IMG/VR virus record: IMGVR_UViG_3300033463_000084 | Direction: 5' to 3' (one strand) | DNA length: 64,000 nucleotides | DNA from: an uncultured virus (IMG/VR IMGVR_UViG_3300033463_000084) | Taxonomy: Duplodnaviria; Heunggongvirae; Uroviricota; Caudoviricetes | Shown here: positions 26,911 through 37,401 of the stretch, one piece after another | Numbering within the stretch: the stretch's first letter is position 1 | Layout of the letters: the number at the start of each line of letters is the position of its first letter | Position numbers and translations under genes: made by a program | Notes under the pieces: model-generated | Seen by the model: the letters and a program-made list of their open reading frames with translations, nothing else | What the model was told of the DNA's origin: nothing | Databases searched by the model: none

Positions 26911-29900
26911 TTATTCTACCACCTCTAATATTCCGTTCCTAACAACATAGGTTATTGTGCAAGTCGGGCGCAAATCGCTTGTGCTGCTTTGGTTAAAGTT
27001 CAATCCTTGTGTGGATAGGCGATAAACCATATCGTTTATTTTTATAAAGATGTAGTTGTCGTAAGCGTGGGGGGTGTCGGAGCCAGCCAATCTATATAAT
27101 TGATAAGTGATTATCACTTTATCGCCGTCATATAACTGTTGTGGTATGTCGTGTGAGAAAAGAACATAATAGCCATTATCGTCGCCGCCATAATAATATT
27201 CGTCTTTTATATCTCTAATTTTATTAGGAACATAAGTTCTTTCAGTGTAGTTGGAGGTGGCGTTGATATGATATGTGTTGCCACTCGGTATTACATCAGC
27301 GTTGACGCTGTTGTTTGCTTGGATTGCCTCGTTGATTTTACCAATTACATAAGTGTTGACAAAATCAATAACCGCTTGGGGGGTAACGGCTACGCCGAAA
27401 GAACTGTCGAGATTGTTATTTAGTATTTCGTCGGTGAGAGTTACGTGGCCAACGGTTTCGCCAGTAGCCTTTTTGTCGGCGTGGTTGTCAATGGCGTTTA
27501 AGCAATGTGCTGTTGCTCCGGCTATCATTTCTTCCAGCGCAACATCTGCTGCTGAACGCTTATTTTTCTCGGCTTCAATGGCTGCTTGACGAGTTGCTGC
27601 TTCGGCTGCAATCTGCCCGGCAACCGTAATTATTTCAAACATTCCGGCAAACGTGGCAGGGTAGTTGTATCGACTGCGATAGATAACTGACGCACGACGG
27701 ATAAACGCTCCGCGAGCGACCGTCAACGCACCGTTGGGGGTTGTGGCTTCGGGCGCGGTGAAATAGTCGGCCACACTAAAGGCTGGCGCACCTGCGGCAA
27801 GGCGGTATATCACACCACTCTCCATCAGCCAAGTTTGAGCGTCGAAAGAGGTTTGGATATTCCATTCGGCAAATATCAGTCGGCGCGAGTTAGCTTCAAG
27901 CCATTCGGTAACATTGGCAGAATTAAAGTAGTGATAGACAAATCCGACACCGCTTACATATTCGCTTTTGTGTTTGTGTTGATACTGAATCCAGCCGTTT
28001 TGCCTTTCGTCCCAAATTCCATATATTGCAGTAGAATAACTGGCATAGCCACCATAACTGCTATAATCTTTCGTAATATCAAGTATGGGGTATGAATTTT
28101 CTTCATACAAGAAGCTACTCCATTTATCAAAGAATCCGCTATCCGTCAGTAATTTACCGAGCGTACAATTCTCTAAAATTAGATAGTGTGAACCATTCCA
28201 CGTTACAATGTCGCCTTTGTCATAATTATATCGGCTTCCAAATGCAATAGGGGGTTGAGCCGCCTCAATCACAGCGCCGAAATCAACGCTGTTAATACAC
28301 TGGTAATTGTTTCCACTGTCGGAAATCCAATCGCCGGCTTGGTAAGCGCTGCCGATGTTCAACGCAGGAATCTCGCCAGCTGGGGCGGTAGCCACCTCTA
28401 TAAAGTCGGTCTGCTCAAAATGTTCGGCTATATTCAGTGCTGTGTCGGTATCAACAAGACGGTAAATAAAGTCGTTGAGTTTTACCACATTTAGCTCGTT
28501 AAACGACGAGTTTAGCTCAAACCCATCAACAACGTCAAGTTGTGTGGCGTTGGCTGCAAGCCAATTTGTCAGTACGGCGGGGGATAAATATTCGGGGTTT
28601 AAAGCATACGCCCAGCGTGTATAGTAATAATACCATACATTTTTTACCTCGTCATATATCTTAACATCGTCGTGGCTGTCGTAAGTGGTATGTGGGTTGT
28701 AAGTGTAGAAGCCGGTGCTGTAATTACCGCTACTATTGGTTGCCCATAGGTGTAAATAATTTTTAAGCACCGCGAAAAGCGTTACATCGTCGTTGATTTG
28801 ATAATAATTGCCAAGCCACTCAACAATGTCGCCAGCTGCGTAGTTGTAGCAGCTGCCAAACTCAACTGGCTCAATCTTTTCCAGCAAATTGGGCAGGTCG
28901 AGAGCTGATTTGCAACGGTAAAGGTTATGGCCAACAACCACAAAATCGCCAACAACATACGGTGTTTCAATGTCGATTGTAGCATTGTCGCCAACCGCCT
29001 CAAAGTTGGTCTCAAACGAATTGGGGTCAGCATAATCGTCGATACAACGGTATAGATTGCCGCTGCGTGTTACAAGGTCGCCAACTGCGTAGGTGGCCGT
29101 TGGGTCAAACTCCGCTGCAAGGGTGGTGGTGTTCGCTTTCTTTGAAACGGCTTTTGGAGTGGCTGCAACGTGTTCGTATGCGTCGAGTTCGGGCTGATAT
29201 TCCGAATCCGACAACCTTACGTGCGCCGATACCGCGCCAGTGGCTTTGTTATTTGCGTGGTTTTCAATTTTTTCGTTCAACAAATTGTCCGCGTTTTCTC
29301 TCGTTGCGGCTTCGCCGTCAATATTCCCTTGCAGGGTAATGTCGGCTTGTACGCGGTTTACCGTTTCCTCGTTGAGATTGTTTTGCAGTGTGGTGTCGTT
29401 GGCTGCGCGTGTGCCAGCTTCGCCAGTCAGCTCACCGCAAACCGTTACTTTTGCAAAGTAGTCGCTAAATTGTATCGGGTACGATTCTTTGAAGCGATAA
29501 AGTGAAAATATGCGAATGTCAGTAAAATCAAACTCACCCTCGGCATTTTTATAGAAATATTTGCCAGCCTCGGCACTCTCCAGCCCTGCAAATTGGGCTA
29601 TCGAATCCTGCTCCACGGTCGAGTGATTTGTGTATGTCTCGCCAACGTATTTGAAAAATCTTCCCGATTGATAAAGGTCGGTAGCATTATCAAACACATC
29701 GCCGTTTATAATAGAAAAATTCGCCTTGCTAAACCAAGTGTCAACATTACCCAACAAGCGGAGCAGGGTACAGTTTTGGTCAAGTATTTGTCTAATGGTG
29801 CTGGCTTGGTATTTCCTTTGAAAACGGTAAACTTTATCACCAATTTTAACCGTTTTGCCAATATTATAACTATTTGAATATGAGAATATTGTTGTGGTGG

Positions 29901-31833
29901 TTTCGCCGTCAACAACGTAAACATAACTATTGAAGAAATCGACAAGATTTAAAATGTCAAGTGATTGAGTGGTCAAGTATATCGCTGAATTTGCCCAATT
30001 TATATATTTCCCAGCCTCATAAGTTCCAGTCAAAGAAAATTCCTCTACCTCTATTTCCTCAAACACAATAGGGTGTAAGAGTTTCCGCACTGGTGTTTGT
30101 TGTTGGCTGTTTTTATTGCCTTTTACAAATTCACCGTCGGCGTAGTTGTGTTCCATATCCCAACCGCCAAACCGCTCTTGTATCAACTCTGCGTAGGTCT
30201 CAAAGGCTGTTTCGTCGCGGTGCGGCTTAATGCAGCGGTAAAGGTCGCCATTGTGAGTAACATAATCGCCAACTGCGTAGGCGGCCGTTGGGTCAAACTC
30301 CGTGGCAAGGTCGGTAAGGTCGGCTTTTGCGTCCAGTCCGGCTTGCACGGCTTTCGGCGAGGCCGCAATGCCAGCGTTTTTGTCGTTGGCAGGGTCAATC
30401 TCATCGGTCAGCAGAACGTGGCCGGGCTGCGGCGTTGTTATGTCGTGGTCGGGGTCAGTCCAGTTGGCTTGCTTGGCAGCGTGGACAGCCAGTGCTGCGG
30501 AAAGTGTCGCGTTTAAGTTGGCAACTGCTTTCGGAGTGGCGGCAACGCCATCGCCTGCGTCGTTAGTATCGTTGTCAATAACATCAGACAATTTTACCAA
30601 CCCGTATTTTTGGCTATCGGGTACAATTCTATTATTCCTATCTCTTTCGGCAGTGGCTTTAAAGTCGGCAGATAATTTTATAAGTCCGTGATTGATATAG
30701 TCAGCCCGTGTCGATATTGCAACGGCTGTTTTTATGCCATTGTCGTTTGTTAGCTTGATATAATATGGCTGCGCGGTCTCTGCTGTGCTGACCAGCGGAA
30801 AATCGTACTCATCGCCGTTGTTGTCGCGCACAAACTTTACTCCGACCGGCAAATCAACGTGCATAAACAGCCATTTTTCGGAAATCTCGCCAAATACAAT
30901 CGGCAGTCTTATTCCCGATTCGGTATCGTTGCTGTTTTCGCGCTCCACTGGTGTTATGTTCAAAATACGCGCTACGCTCGACGGATTTTGCTGATACCAT
31001 ACTGGATATGCGTCGGCAGGGTTGTTAGCGTCAAGATTTGCTTTCCCGATTGCTGTTTTTCTAACGATTACTCCATTAGTGTTACGCTCGGTCAGTGTCC
31101 GCTTATATAGATTGTCGCCGATTTTTTCAATTACCAGCCCGAATTGGCCGGAACCATCGGGGTATGCGCCATAATAGAAGCCGCTCTGCGTTGTGTAGAG
31201 CATTTTCTCTTTCAATTTTTCGGTTTGTTCAGCGATTGTGCGCTCTCGCTCTACACCGTCAACCGTTATTCTTTGTTCTTCAATCGTGAGATTAAGAATT
31301 TCGGGGTAGAAAAAGCCCGATTCAACGTTGTCTTGACCGTTAAAGGCGTGTCCTTGTATGTTACGCGGAGTCCTTAAATAATCGGCTGACGTTGCTTGCT
31401 CTACACGGCTCGACATTACTTGAAACTCTCTCCAATGTTCGCTGCCGTCAATAGGAGCAAGATAATATGTTTTGTTGTGCGCTGGCTCATCGTCGCTTGT
31501 GAGAGCGTAACGAGGCTCGCTGTTAGTGCCTACATTTTCAAACCAGCCCTCGTTGCGAGGATTTTTCCCGACAGTGTTAGTAATTGCTGTATAGCCGTTA
31601 TCATAATAACAATAGAGCTTGTGTTCATCTTTCACCCATACGCGCATACCGTCGTAGCATACGTTATCCTCTATATCATCTTCACTACCAGCCTCACCAC
31701 TTAAAACAAGTAGCCCGTCCCGGCTGCTAACCTCGGCTCTTGCGTCGATGGGCGCTTGCTTTGAGAACAAATATCTCTCACCCAATACGCCGTGCGCCAT
31801 TCCATCGAATATGGATTTTTTTTCTATTCCCAT
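26911..31833 (-). CDS. Large fibre/spike protein with phage fibre repeats and many CBM5/12-like aromatic repeats
   Basis: G(H/L)VxLxD...AATPKAV repeats; repeated FDPTAAYAVGDYVTHNGDLYRC-type modules; internal DNA duplication at about 29080 and 30270. Confidence 0.8.
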   Translation of the reverse strand: MGIEKKSIFDGMAHGVLGERYLFSKQAPIDARAEVSSRDGLLVLSGEAGSEDDIEDNVCYDGMRVWVKDEHKLYCYYDNGYTAITNTVGKNPRNEGWFENVGTNSEPRYALTSDDEPAHNKTYYLAPIDGSEHWREFQVMSSRVEQATSADYLRTPRNIQGHAFNGQDNVESGFFYPEILNLTIEEQRITVDGVERERTIAEQTEKLKEKMLYTTQSGFYYGAYPDGSGQFGLVIEKIGDNLYKRTLTERNTNGVIVRKTAIGKANLDANNPADAYPVWYQQNPSSVARILNITPVERENSNDTESGIRLPIVFGEISEKWLFMHVDLPVGVKFVRDNNGDEYDFPLVSTAETAQPYYIKLTNDNGIKTAVAISTRADYINHGLIKLSADFKATAERDRNNRIVPDSQKYGLVKLSDVIDNDTNDAGDGVAATPKAVANLNATLSAALAVHAAKQANWTDPDHDITTPQPGHVLLTDEIDPANDKNAGIAASPKAVQAGLDAKADLTDLATEFDPTAAYAVGDYVTHNGDLYRCIKPHRDETAFETYAELIQERFGGWDMEHNYADGEFVKGNKNSQQQTPVRKLLHPIVFEEIEVEEFSLTGTYEAGKYINWANSAIYLTTQSLDILNLVDFFNSYVYVVDGETTTTIFSYSNSYNIGKTVKIGDKVYRFQRKYQASTIRQILDQNCTLLRLLGNVDTWFSKANFSIINGDVFDNATDLYQSGRFFKYVGETYTNHSTVEQDSIAQFAGLESAEAGKYFYKNAEGEFDFTDIRIFSLYRFKESYPIQFSDYFAKVTVCGELTGEAGTRAANDTTLQNNLNEETVNRVQADITLQGNIDGEAATRENADNLLNEKIENHANNKATGAVSAHVRLSDSEYQPELDAYEHVAATPKAVSKKANTTTLAAEFDPTATYAVGDLVTRSGNLYRCIDDYADPNSFETNFEAVGDNATIDIETPYVVGDFVVVGHNLYRCKSALDLPNLLEKIEPVEFGSCYNYAAGDIVEWLGNYYQINDDVTLFAVLKNYLHLWATNSSGNYSTGFYTYNPHTTYDSHDDVKIYDEVKNVWYYYYTRWAYALNPEYLSPAVLTNWLAANATQLDVVDGFELNSSFNELNVVKLNDFIYRLVDTDTALNIAEHFEQTDFIEVATAPAGEIPALNIGSAYQAGDWISDSGNNYQCINSVDFGAVIEAAQPPIAFGSRYNYDKGDIVTWNGSHYLILENCTLGKLLTDSGFFDKWSSFLYEENSYPILDITKDYSSYGGYASYSTAIYGIWDERQNGWIQYQHKHKSEYVSGVGFVYHYFNSANVTEWLEANSRRLIFAEWNIQTSFDAQTWLMESGVIYRLAAGAPAFSVADYFTAPEATTPNGALTVARGAFIRRASVIYRSRYNYPATFAGMFEIITVAGQIAAEAATRQAAIEAEKNKRSAADVALEEMIAGATAHCLNAIDNHADKKATGETVGHVTLTDEILNNNLDSSFGVAVTPQAVIDFVNTYVIGKINEAIQANNSVNADVIPSGNTYHINATSNYTERTYVPNKIRDIKDEYYYGGDDNGYYVLFSHDIPQQLYDGDKVIITYQLYRLAGSDTPHAYDNYIFIKINDMVYRLSTQGLNFNQSSTSDLRPTCTITYVVRNGILEVVE

Positions 31834-31835
31834 TA

Positions 31836-32885
31836 TTATTTGAATGAAAGTGTTACTTCTTCAACTTTTCCGCTTGACGGCATATCGGGATAATAGATAA
31901 ACCACCCCTCTTGCAGCGGCGGAGAAACCTTTGCTTGCCCATTAACTGTCCAAAGAACTTTAATCGGCTTTTTGGGCAATGAAAAAAGTGAGCTTTGACC
32001 TACATAATAGCCGTTGAACTTATCACCTTTAGTTATAACAATCAATCCCTCGGTGTTTGTTCCCTGCTGATAATCCATTGTTAACTTTGTGGCAGACAAA
32101 CTCTCGTATTGTGTTGGAATCGCCCCGCTGCCAAACAATCCTGCCGAAATAAAACCATCGGTATCAAGACCATTTTGTTGAATAATGCCATTATCGACAA
32201 TACTTAATTTATTGTTGGCGGTTGTGTCAATGTCGAGGTGCAACATTGGCTCAACAAAGTCTTTAATGATAGATGTTCTTGCGTAAATGAACATTCTCGG
32301 ATAATAGAAACTTACGCTTTCAACGGCTGTCGGCAAATCGCGGTCGAAATTGTCTTGACTGTCTTTTTTCCGTTCATATACCTTACAAGTCCAAGTATTG
32401 TTTACGGCTATTCCCGGAACCGTCGGCAGTGTGATTGTTAGGTTACGGTTGCTGTTTAAAGCGCCAAGAACATCGTTGTTATTTATACCACCGTTGCTTT
32501 CAAAAGAAATGTTGGGCAGACTGTCGTTGGCAATAGTAAACCTTTCTTTTTCCGAGCCATTTTCCAGTCTTACAATGGTTATTGAAGATATTTCAAACGA
32601 GTTTTTGGTAATTTCAAATTTTGGGGTGTACGACACCTCCAATCCCTCTAATTTGGACACGTTGCCGGTTTTTGCAGCGACCGTAGCTCTTGTATCGGGG
32701 AAGATGATTGTCTCCAGCGTGGATTTAACCGACATTGGTTTTTGTGCAAAATCGTAATTCTTGCCCAATCCGCCGTGGTTGGTAAACACAACACCATTGT
32801 CAATCATCAGTTCTTCGGCGATTTGTGATTCCGAAGCCCCGGTCATATCCAACTTGCCAGTAAAAGGATTGAATTTATACCCCAT
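31836..32885 (-). CDS. Structural protein
   Basis: N-terminal MGYKFNPFTGKLD motif seen in phage structural proteins; beta-rich body. Confidence 0.6.
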   Translation of the reverse strand: MGYKFNPFTGKLDMTGASESQIAEELMIDNGVVFTNHGGLGKNYDFAQKPMSVKSTLETIIFPDTRATVAAKTGNVSKLEGLEVSYTPKFEITKNSFEISSITIVRLENGSEKERFTIANDSLPNISFESNGGINNNDVLGALNSNRNLTITLPTVPGIAVNNTWTCKVYERKKDSQDNFDRDLPTAVESVSFYYPRMFIYARTSIIKDFVEPMLHLDIDTTANNKLSIVDNGIIQQNGLDTDGFISAGLFGSGAIPTQYESLSATKLTMDYQQGTNTEGLIVITKGDKFNGYYVGQSSLFSLPKKPIKVLWTVNGQAKVSPPLQEGWFIYYPDMPSSGKVEEVTLSFK

Positions 32886-32900
32886 AGCTCGTCATTTTTA

Positions 32901-34007
32901 TTATTGCTCATCATCGGCTGGCTCTGCCGTGGCGGTGTTGCCGCCGCCTTTAGCCATTGTCAGCACAATGCCTATTGTTTCTTTATTTGCGTTGAATACG
33001 CGCATAAGCTGCCAAAAATCGTCAAACTCGCTGTCGCTCAATGTCTTTAAGAACTCGCGAATCATTTTATATTGCTCGGCGCGTGGGTCGTTGCTGTCCT
33101 CATCGTCGGTCTCGGCTGGCAGCTCTTGGCTGTCGGGCTGTGCAAGCGCGGTTTTTAGCGCCTCGCCGTCAATGCCGAACAAACCGCCAATTCCTGCGGC
33201 GTGGCGTGTGGCAAAGCCCTCAATGCCCTTTGTCAGCAAAGCGGTTAGGCTTGTGCCGAACAAACTGGCTTCGGGGTGCAACTTTCGGATTTCCTCATTC
33301 TTATCTTCAAGCTCTATCTCCAAATCCTCAATGCGCTCGTTGGCGCGTTCAATACGCTTCTCGTATTTGTCTATTTCAGCCTTTAGCTGGTCGCGTTCCT
33401 GCGTTCTAACGGCAAGGTCGGCGGTTAGCTGGGCTATCTTTTCTTCTCTCTTTTCGTCGGCGTGGCGCTTCTCGTTAAGACCGTCGCGCACTTGCAGTAT
33501 TTGATTCAAGCCGCCAGTGCCATCGTCAACTCCGGCCAAACCGCCCAATCCCATCAGCGTAAGCACGTTGGTAACTTGCTTGAACGCCTCAAACTGTGCG
33601 TTAGGAACTTGTGGCTGCGGTTGCGGCTGTGCGTTTACTGGCTGCTCTTGTTGCTGTTGTCCTTCTCTAAAACTTGCCGGGTGATTTTCCCACGGGTCTT
33701 TTAGCGCAATGTCCTCGTTGAACTTAACATCGTCATTGCCGCGCCCGACAATTTTAACGTGGATTGTGGCTATTGTCGAATCGTGGGTCAACGAATCAAT
33801 GTCGTTTTTGAATTTTTCCGTCAGCATAGCCCTTTCTTCGGGTCGGTCTTTGTAGTTGTTGTAGTGTTCCGAGAAACGCTGCAAGGGTTTGCCAAAACTG
33901 GTGTCGGTGGCTGATATTGTGTAGCCGAATACTTTGTTTTTGTAGCCGTCAACAAACGCTTTGCATTTGTCGATTTTTGCGTTGATGTCTGCTAATGATT
34001 GTGCCAT
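32901..34007 (-). CDS. Coiled-coil protein with Gly-rich motifs
   Basis: Q/P linker, LMGLGGLAG, long heptad region, GIGGLFGIDG. Confidence 0.7.
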   Translation of the reverse strand: MAQSLADINAKIDKCKAFVDGYKNKVFGYTISATDTSFGKPLQRFSEHYNNYKDRPEERAMLTEKFKNDIDSLTHDSTIATIHVKIVGRGNDDVKFNEDIALKDPWENHPASFREGQQQQEQPVNAQPQPQPQVPNAQFEAFKQVTNVLTLMGLGGLAGVDDGTGGLNQILQVRDGLNEKRHADEKREEKIAQLTADLAVRTQERDQLKAEIDKYEKRIERANERIEDLEIELEDKNEEIRKLHPEASLFGTSLTALLTKGIEGFATRHAAGIGGLFGIDGEALKTALAQPDSQELPAETDDEDSNDPRAEQYKMIREFLKTLSDSEFDDFWQLMRVFNANKETIGIVLTMAKGGGNTATAEPADDEQ

Positions 34008-34031
34008 AATTCTTTGTTGTGTGTTGTTTTG

Positions 34032-34460
34032 TTATTTTTTTCTTCGGTTTAGCACAATAGGCTCATCATCATCTTCGAGCCTAATGGGTTTGACCGGCGT
34101 AATCTTTATAAATTCGAGAACGTATCTCGGACAAGGTTCTTCGCGCTTCCAACCATCGAGGCCGCAAGTCTTGATGGTGATGTTGCGCCGGAATAACTTG
34201 TTGATTCCGTTGCCCATTGCCGCAATAGTGCGCTGCGTGGCTTCCAAGCAGGCGTTGGGCGATATGAGCTGCACTTTGGTAGCGTCGTCCACAATGTCGA
34301 TGTCCGACGGACGAATACCGCAAAGCACGTAGCTGTCGTTGCCGCAAGTGATGTTTGTCAGCGTGTCGCTCACAAAAATCTCAACCGGCGTTAGAACGGT
34401 GTCGTAGCCGTTTCGCTGAAACCGCTCTTGTTCCATCTTAATTATTTGAGCGTCAGTCAT
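34032..34460 (-). CDS. Small beta-rich virion protein candidate
   Basis: 142 aa, in the cluster downstream of the capsid candidate. Confidence 0.6.
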   Translation of the reverse strand: MTDAQIIKMEQERFQRNGYDTVLTPVEIFVSDTLTNITCGNDSYVLCGIRPSDIDIVDDATKVQLISPNACLEATQRTIAAMGNGINKLFRRNITIKTCGLDGWKREEPCPRYVLEFIKITPVKPIRLEDDDEPIVLNRRKK

Positions 34461-35130
34461 AATTCAAGTAGATTTTAGCGGTGTAATTGTTAGTTGGCTC
34501 GGTTGTGGTATTACCCTCACCGAAATACCCCTCTTTGGAAATGTCTCCCAGCGCGTTCCATTCCTCTTTTGTAAGTAATGGACTTAATTGTTGTTCTTCA
34601 ATAATGATTCGCAAGAACGAGCCGCCCTGCACTTTTTCGGGTTTGGGCAGAGTGATTGTGTTGGGCACAATGCCCTGCTTATTAAGATGTTGGCTGACGC
34701 AAAGCGGAGTGCTGTCGGCAATAATCTGCGTATTGTTTAGGCTCAAACTGACAACGCCAATCTGCGACGATATGGGTTGTTCTACAAGTTGGTCGTTTGT
34801 TATTGGCTCTTGAAATTTAGCCAACAGTGCCAAACCGTCAATTACAGCCGATTCGCTGCTGTCAGCAAAAACTTCCAACTTATCGTTTGTAATAAAAATC
34901 GAATCGTCGGCGTTGCGACTGACAATGTAGGTCGTTTGTCTCTTAATCACGCCGCCCTCCATCGCAAATTGACTGGAATAGCAGCGTTTGAGCCGCGTAT
35001 TAGCCCCTAATACTGCGTTGGTCAAAAAACCGTTGATACGGCGAATTTTTGACGGCAAAAGCAGTTCAAGGCTGTGAACACTGCCCCATACTCCACGGTT
35101 AGGCACATCTATTTGAGCTACGTACAACAT
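34453..35130 (-). CDS. Beta-rich virion protein candidate
   Basis: Alternating hydrophobic strands (RRINGFL, IGVVSLSLNN, YTAKIYLNY). Confidence 0.6.
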   Translation of the reverse strand: MLYVAQIDVPNRGVWGSVHSLELLLPSKIRRINGFLTNAVLGANTRLKRCYSSQFAMEGGVIKRQTTYIVSRNADDSIFITNDKLEVFADSSESAVIDGLALLAKFQEPITNDQLVEQPISSQIGVVSLSLNNTQIIADSTPLCVSQHLNKQGIVPNTITLPKPEKVQGGSFLRIIIEEQQLSPLLTKEEWNALGDISKEGYFGEGNTTTEPTNNYTAKIYLNYD

Positions 35131-35134
35131 TGTC

Positions 35135-35503
35135 TTACTCGCTTTCGTTTTCCAAAATGAAATAGAAATTGAACTTTACATCTTTCTCCGAAGAGTTGTA
35201 AAGAACCAGCTCGGCGTTTGAGCTTCGCGCAGGTATTTTGTCGGCTTTGAAATCGTAGATACAGTCCTTTCGGGCGCAATTACCGTTGTAGGAAATCAGC
35301 ACCGCGTCAGTACCCGACGGCAAAACCTCTTTTTGCGCGATTCGGCACGACAAATTCAAGCCCGATATATCGTCGGACAAGTTGTGCGGCACAATCATAA
35401 CGCCGGTAACGTGTTCGTAATCGGCCAACATTTGTTCGCGGAGCGTTTTATTGCCGTGTGCGGCTACGGTTATATCCTCGATAATTTGAAATGTCTTTTT
35501 CAT
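35135..35503 (-). CDS. Small jelly-roll-like virion protein candidate
   Basis: 122 aa, strand-rich (HVTGVMIV, LSCRIAQKEVLP, VKFNFYFILE). Confidence 0.55.
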   Translation of the reverse strand: MKKTFQIIEDITVAAHGNKTLREQMLADYEHVTGVMIVPHNLSDDISGLNLSCRIAQKEVLPSGTDAVLISYNGNCARKDCIYDFKADKIPARSSNAELVLYNSSEKDVKFNFYFILENESE

Positions 35504-35504
35504 T

Positions 35505-36611
35505 TTATGCTAATTTTTTGTAAATGAAAATCATAGCCAGTTTCCAGTTGGCAATGCTGACACCGTTGCCAGCTTTCAGCAAATCCTCATTGCCGCATAT
35601 CTCGAATGTGGCCTTGATATTTTTGGTGGTCTTTTGCTGAAATTCGTAAACAGCGTCGGCGTAGGGTATGCGGTTGGTTATCGACACAATGCCCAAATCG
35701 AAGCCTTTTGGCAGCTCTTGGTTGTCGCCAGTTTCCATCAGCGCGGCAAGGTTGATGTCGCATATCTGCATAGGCTCAATCTCGCCTCTCGATTTTGCCC
35801 CCTCGGTCAATATTGGCGATGTGTAGTTGAAAACCACCATCTTTTCGGGTTCGTGGTCAAGATTGATGTTCTGCTCTTTTTCCAGTACGTTAATGTTGAA
35901 CGTTGGAGCAAGATTGTTAATTATTCTTCGTGCGTATGCTTTGATGAGGTATTGTATGGTCGCGTCGTTGGTGTATGCTGTATTCCAATTCTCATAACTA
36001 TCGGCAATAACATCACCTAAACCCAAGTGAGCGACATCTTCTTTAGTCAAACTGACCGATTCTTCAACCAGTCGGCCATCTACGTATGTTGCCCCCTTGT
36101 ATAAGGTTACAGCTACTGCGTCGTTAGGTGCGTCGCTGGCTAATATTGATTTGATTTCGGTAAATTTTTGCCTTATCATATTGTTAACAACCTCAATAGC
36201 CTCGTTTTCGGTGAGTGTGGATTTTAGTGTAAACTCCTTAAACTCAACAAAATCGAAGCCGCCCGATTCGTCAACTGGCTCATCGTTGCAAACAAAGACA
36301 ATGTTATACTCGTTGTTGACCGTGCCGCTGATTTTAATCTCGCTGTTGTCAACGTTCAAATTCACCTCAAGGGCGCACTTTTGCCAATCAAATCTTCCTG
36401 CGCCGTAGGGCGTGGTGGTACAAAACGGACAAATGGGCAGCTCTTGTGCTATCTGCTTGCCGTCTATTGCGATTGAAACGGTGTCCAGCTTACCGCCGTA
36501 GTGGAAAATCTTATCGTTCTTGTTCTCAAAAAACAAGTAGCGGATAGACCTTACATTGTGCGGTGTAACGGTTATCACCTCGTCAGCCGATGATGGAATG
36601 GAGTAAAACAT
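35505..36611 (-). CDS. Virion protein candidate with two beta-rich domains
   Basis: VSIAIDGKQIAQELP and QELPKGFD segments resemble 35135..35503. Confidence 0.55.
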   Translation of the reverse strand: MFYSIPSSADEVITVTPHNVRSIRYLFFENKNDKIFHYGGKLDTVSIAIDGKQIAQELPICPFCTTTPYGAGRFDWQKCALEVNLNVDNSEIKISGTVNNEYNIVFVCNDEPVDESGGFDFVEFKEFTLKSTLTENEAIEVVNNMIRQKFTEIKSILASDAPNDAVAVTLYKGATYVDGRLVEESVSLTKEDVAHLGLGDVIADSYENWNTAYTNDATIQYLIKAYARRIINNLAPTFNINVLEKEQNINLDHEPEKMVVFNYTSPILTEGAKSRGEIEPMQICDINLAALMETGDNQELPKGFDLGIVSITNRIPYADAVYEFQQKTTKNIKATFEICGNEDLLKAGNGVSIANWKLAMIFIYKKLA

Positions 36612-36667
36612 CTTGTTTGCTTATTTGTTGCTAATTCTTATCTCTAATCTTCAAATCGTTCTTTTAA

Positions 36668-36714
36668 AGAAGCCCGAACCGCAACCACAATGTCGGGTTG
36701 CGGTTTGGGTTTCT
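36668..36714 (-). terminator. Strong hairpin after the capsid candidate
   Basis: AGAAGCCCGAACCGCAACC / GGTTGCGGTTTGGGTTTCT long stem. Confidence 0.7.
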
Positions 36715-36746
36715 CGGTAGGTTTGGGTTAGATTCGCCCTCGCTGC

Positions 36747-37340
36747 TTATGCGCGGTGAGTTTTCACACCGTGCAGCACCAGCTTGATAATTGTATTGGC
36801 TGGGCAAGCGGTCGGAGTGTAAATCTTTGCGTCAATGTTAGTAAGCGGCACAAGCATTTTCGGACATTCAAGCTGCCAGTCGCCAGCTAACTTGCCGTTT
36901 CCGGCTGGCTGACGGAACACCTCGTTTGAAACGCGAGGAATCAGCACTGTTGCGTTTGACTTCAACTCGAACTCACCGTTTGCAATCAAATTGGTGATTT
37001 GACCATAGTTTGCGGCCTTTTGTTTGTCCTCGTCGGCACCGCCATCACCAACTGCGCTCAACAGCTGAATGTGTGTTACCAGCATATAGGTATTGGCCTC
37101 AAGCTGGCGTTTGCTGATGTTGGTAAGACCAACTTCCTCTGCGTCGCCCGATTTGAACAAGTCAACGGTTGATTCTGCGCCCATTGAGCGTACTACGTAC
37201 AAAGCGTAGTCAACGCTCTGCATTTGGCCTGCAAGCACGGCTTGTGCCACAGTTGCGTTAATCGAAGAAAGACGAGCCTCGAACTCGGCTTTTGCGGTAG
37301 CCATTTTAGAACCAACAAAAGCATTTTTTGTAACTTCCAT
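36747..37340 (-). CDS. Candidate major capsid protein, 197 aa, beta-rich (start corrected to MEVTKNAF)
   Basis: N-terminal helix then about eight predicted strands (YALYVV, YMLVTHIQL, GEFELK, WQLECPKML, IIKLVLHG); followed by a strong hairpin; no HK97 features recognised. Confidence 0.5.
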   Translation of the reverse strand: MEVTKNAFVGSKMATAKAEFEARLSSINATVAQAVLAGQMQSVDYALYVVRSMGAESTVDLFKSGDAEEVGLTNISKRQLEANTYMLVTHIQLLSAVGDGGADEDKQKAANYGQITNLIANGEFELKSNATVLIPRVSNEVFRQPAGNGKLAGDWQLECPKMLVPLTNIDAKIYTPTACPANTIIKLVLHGVKTHRA

Positions 37341-37401
37341 AATTCTAATTTTTAAAGGTTTGAAAATTGTTTTTTTTTGAATGTTTGCTTTTTTCTTTCG
37401 A

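Noticed and set aside
14795..31833. Diversity-generating retroelement acting on the fibre genes
   Set aside because: No reverse transcriptase in the window and no template/variable repeat pair with adenine-specific differences seen; the repeats are ordinary coding duplications
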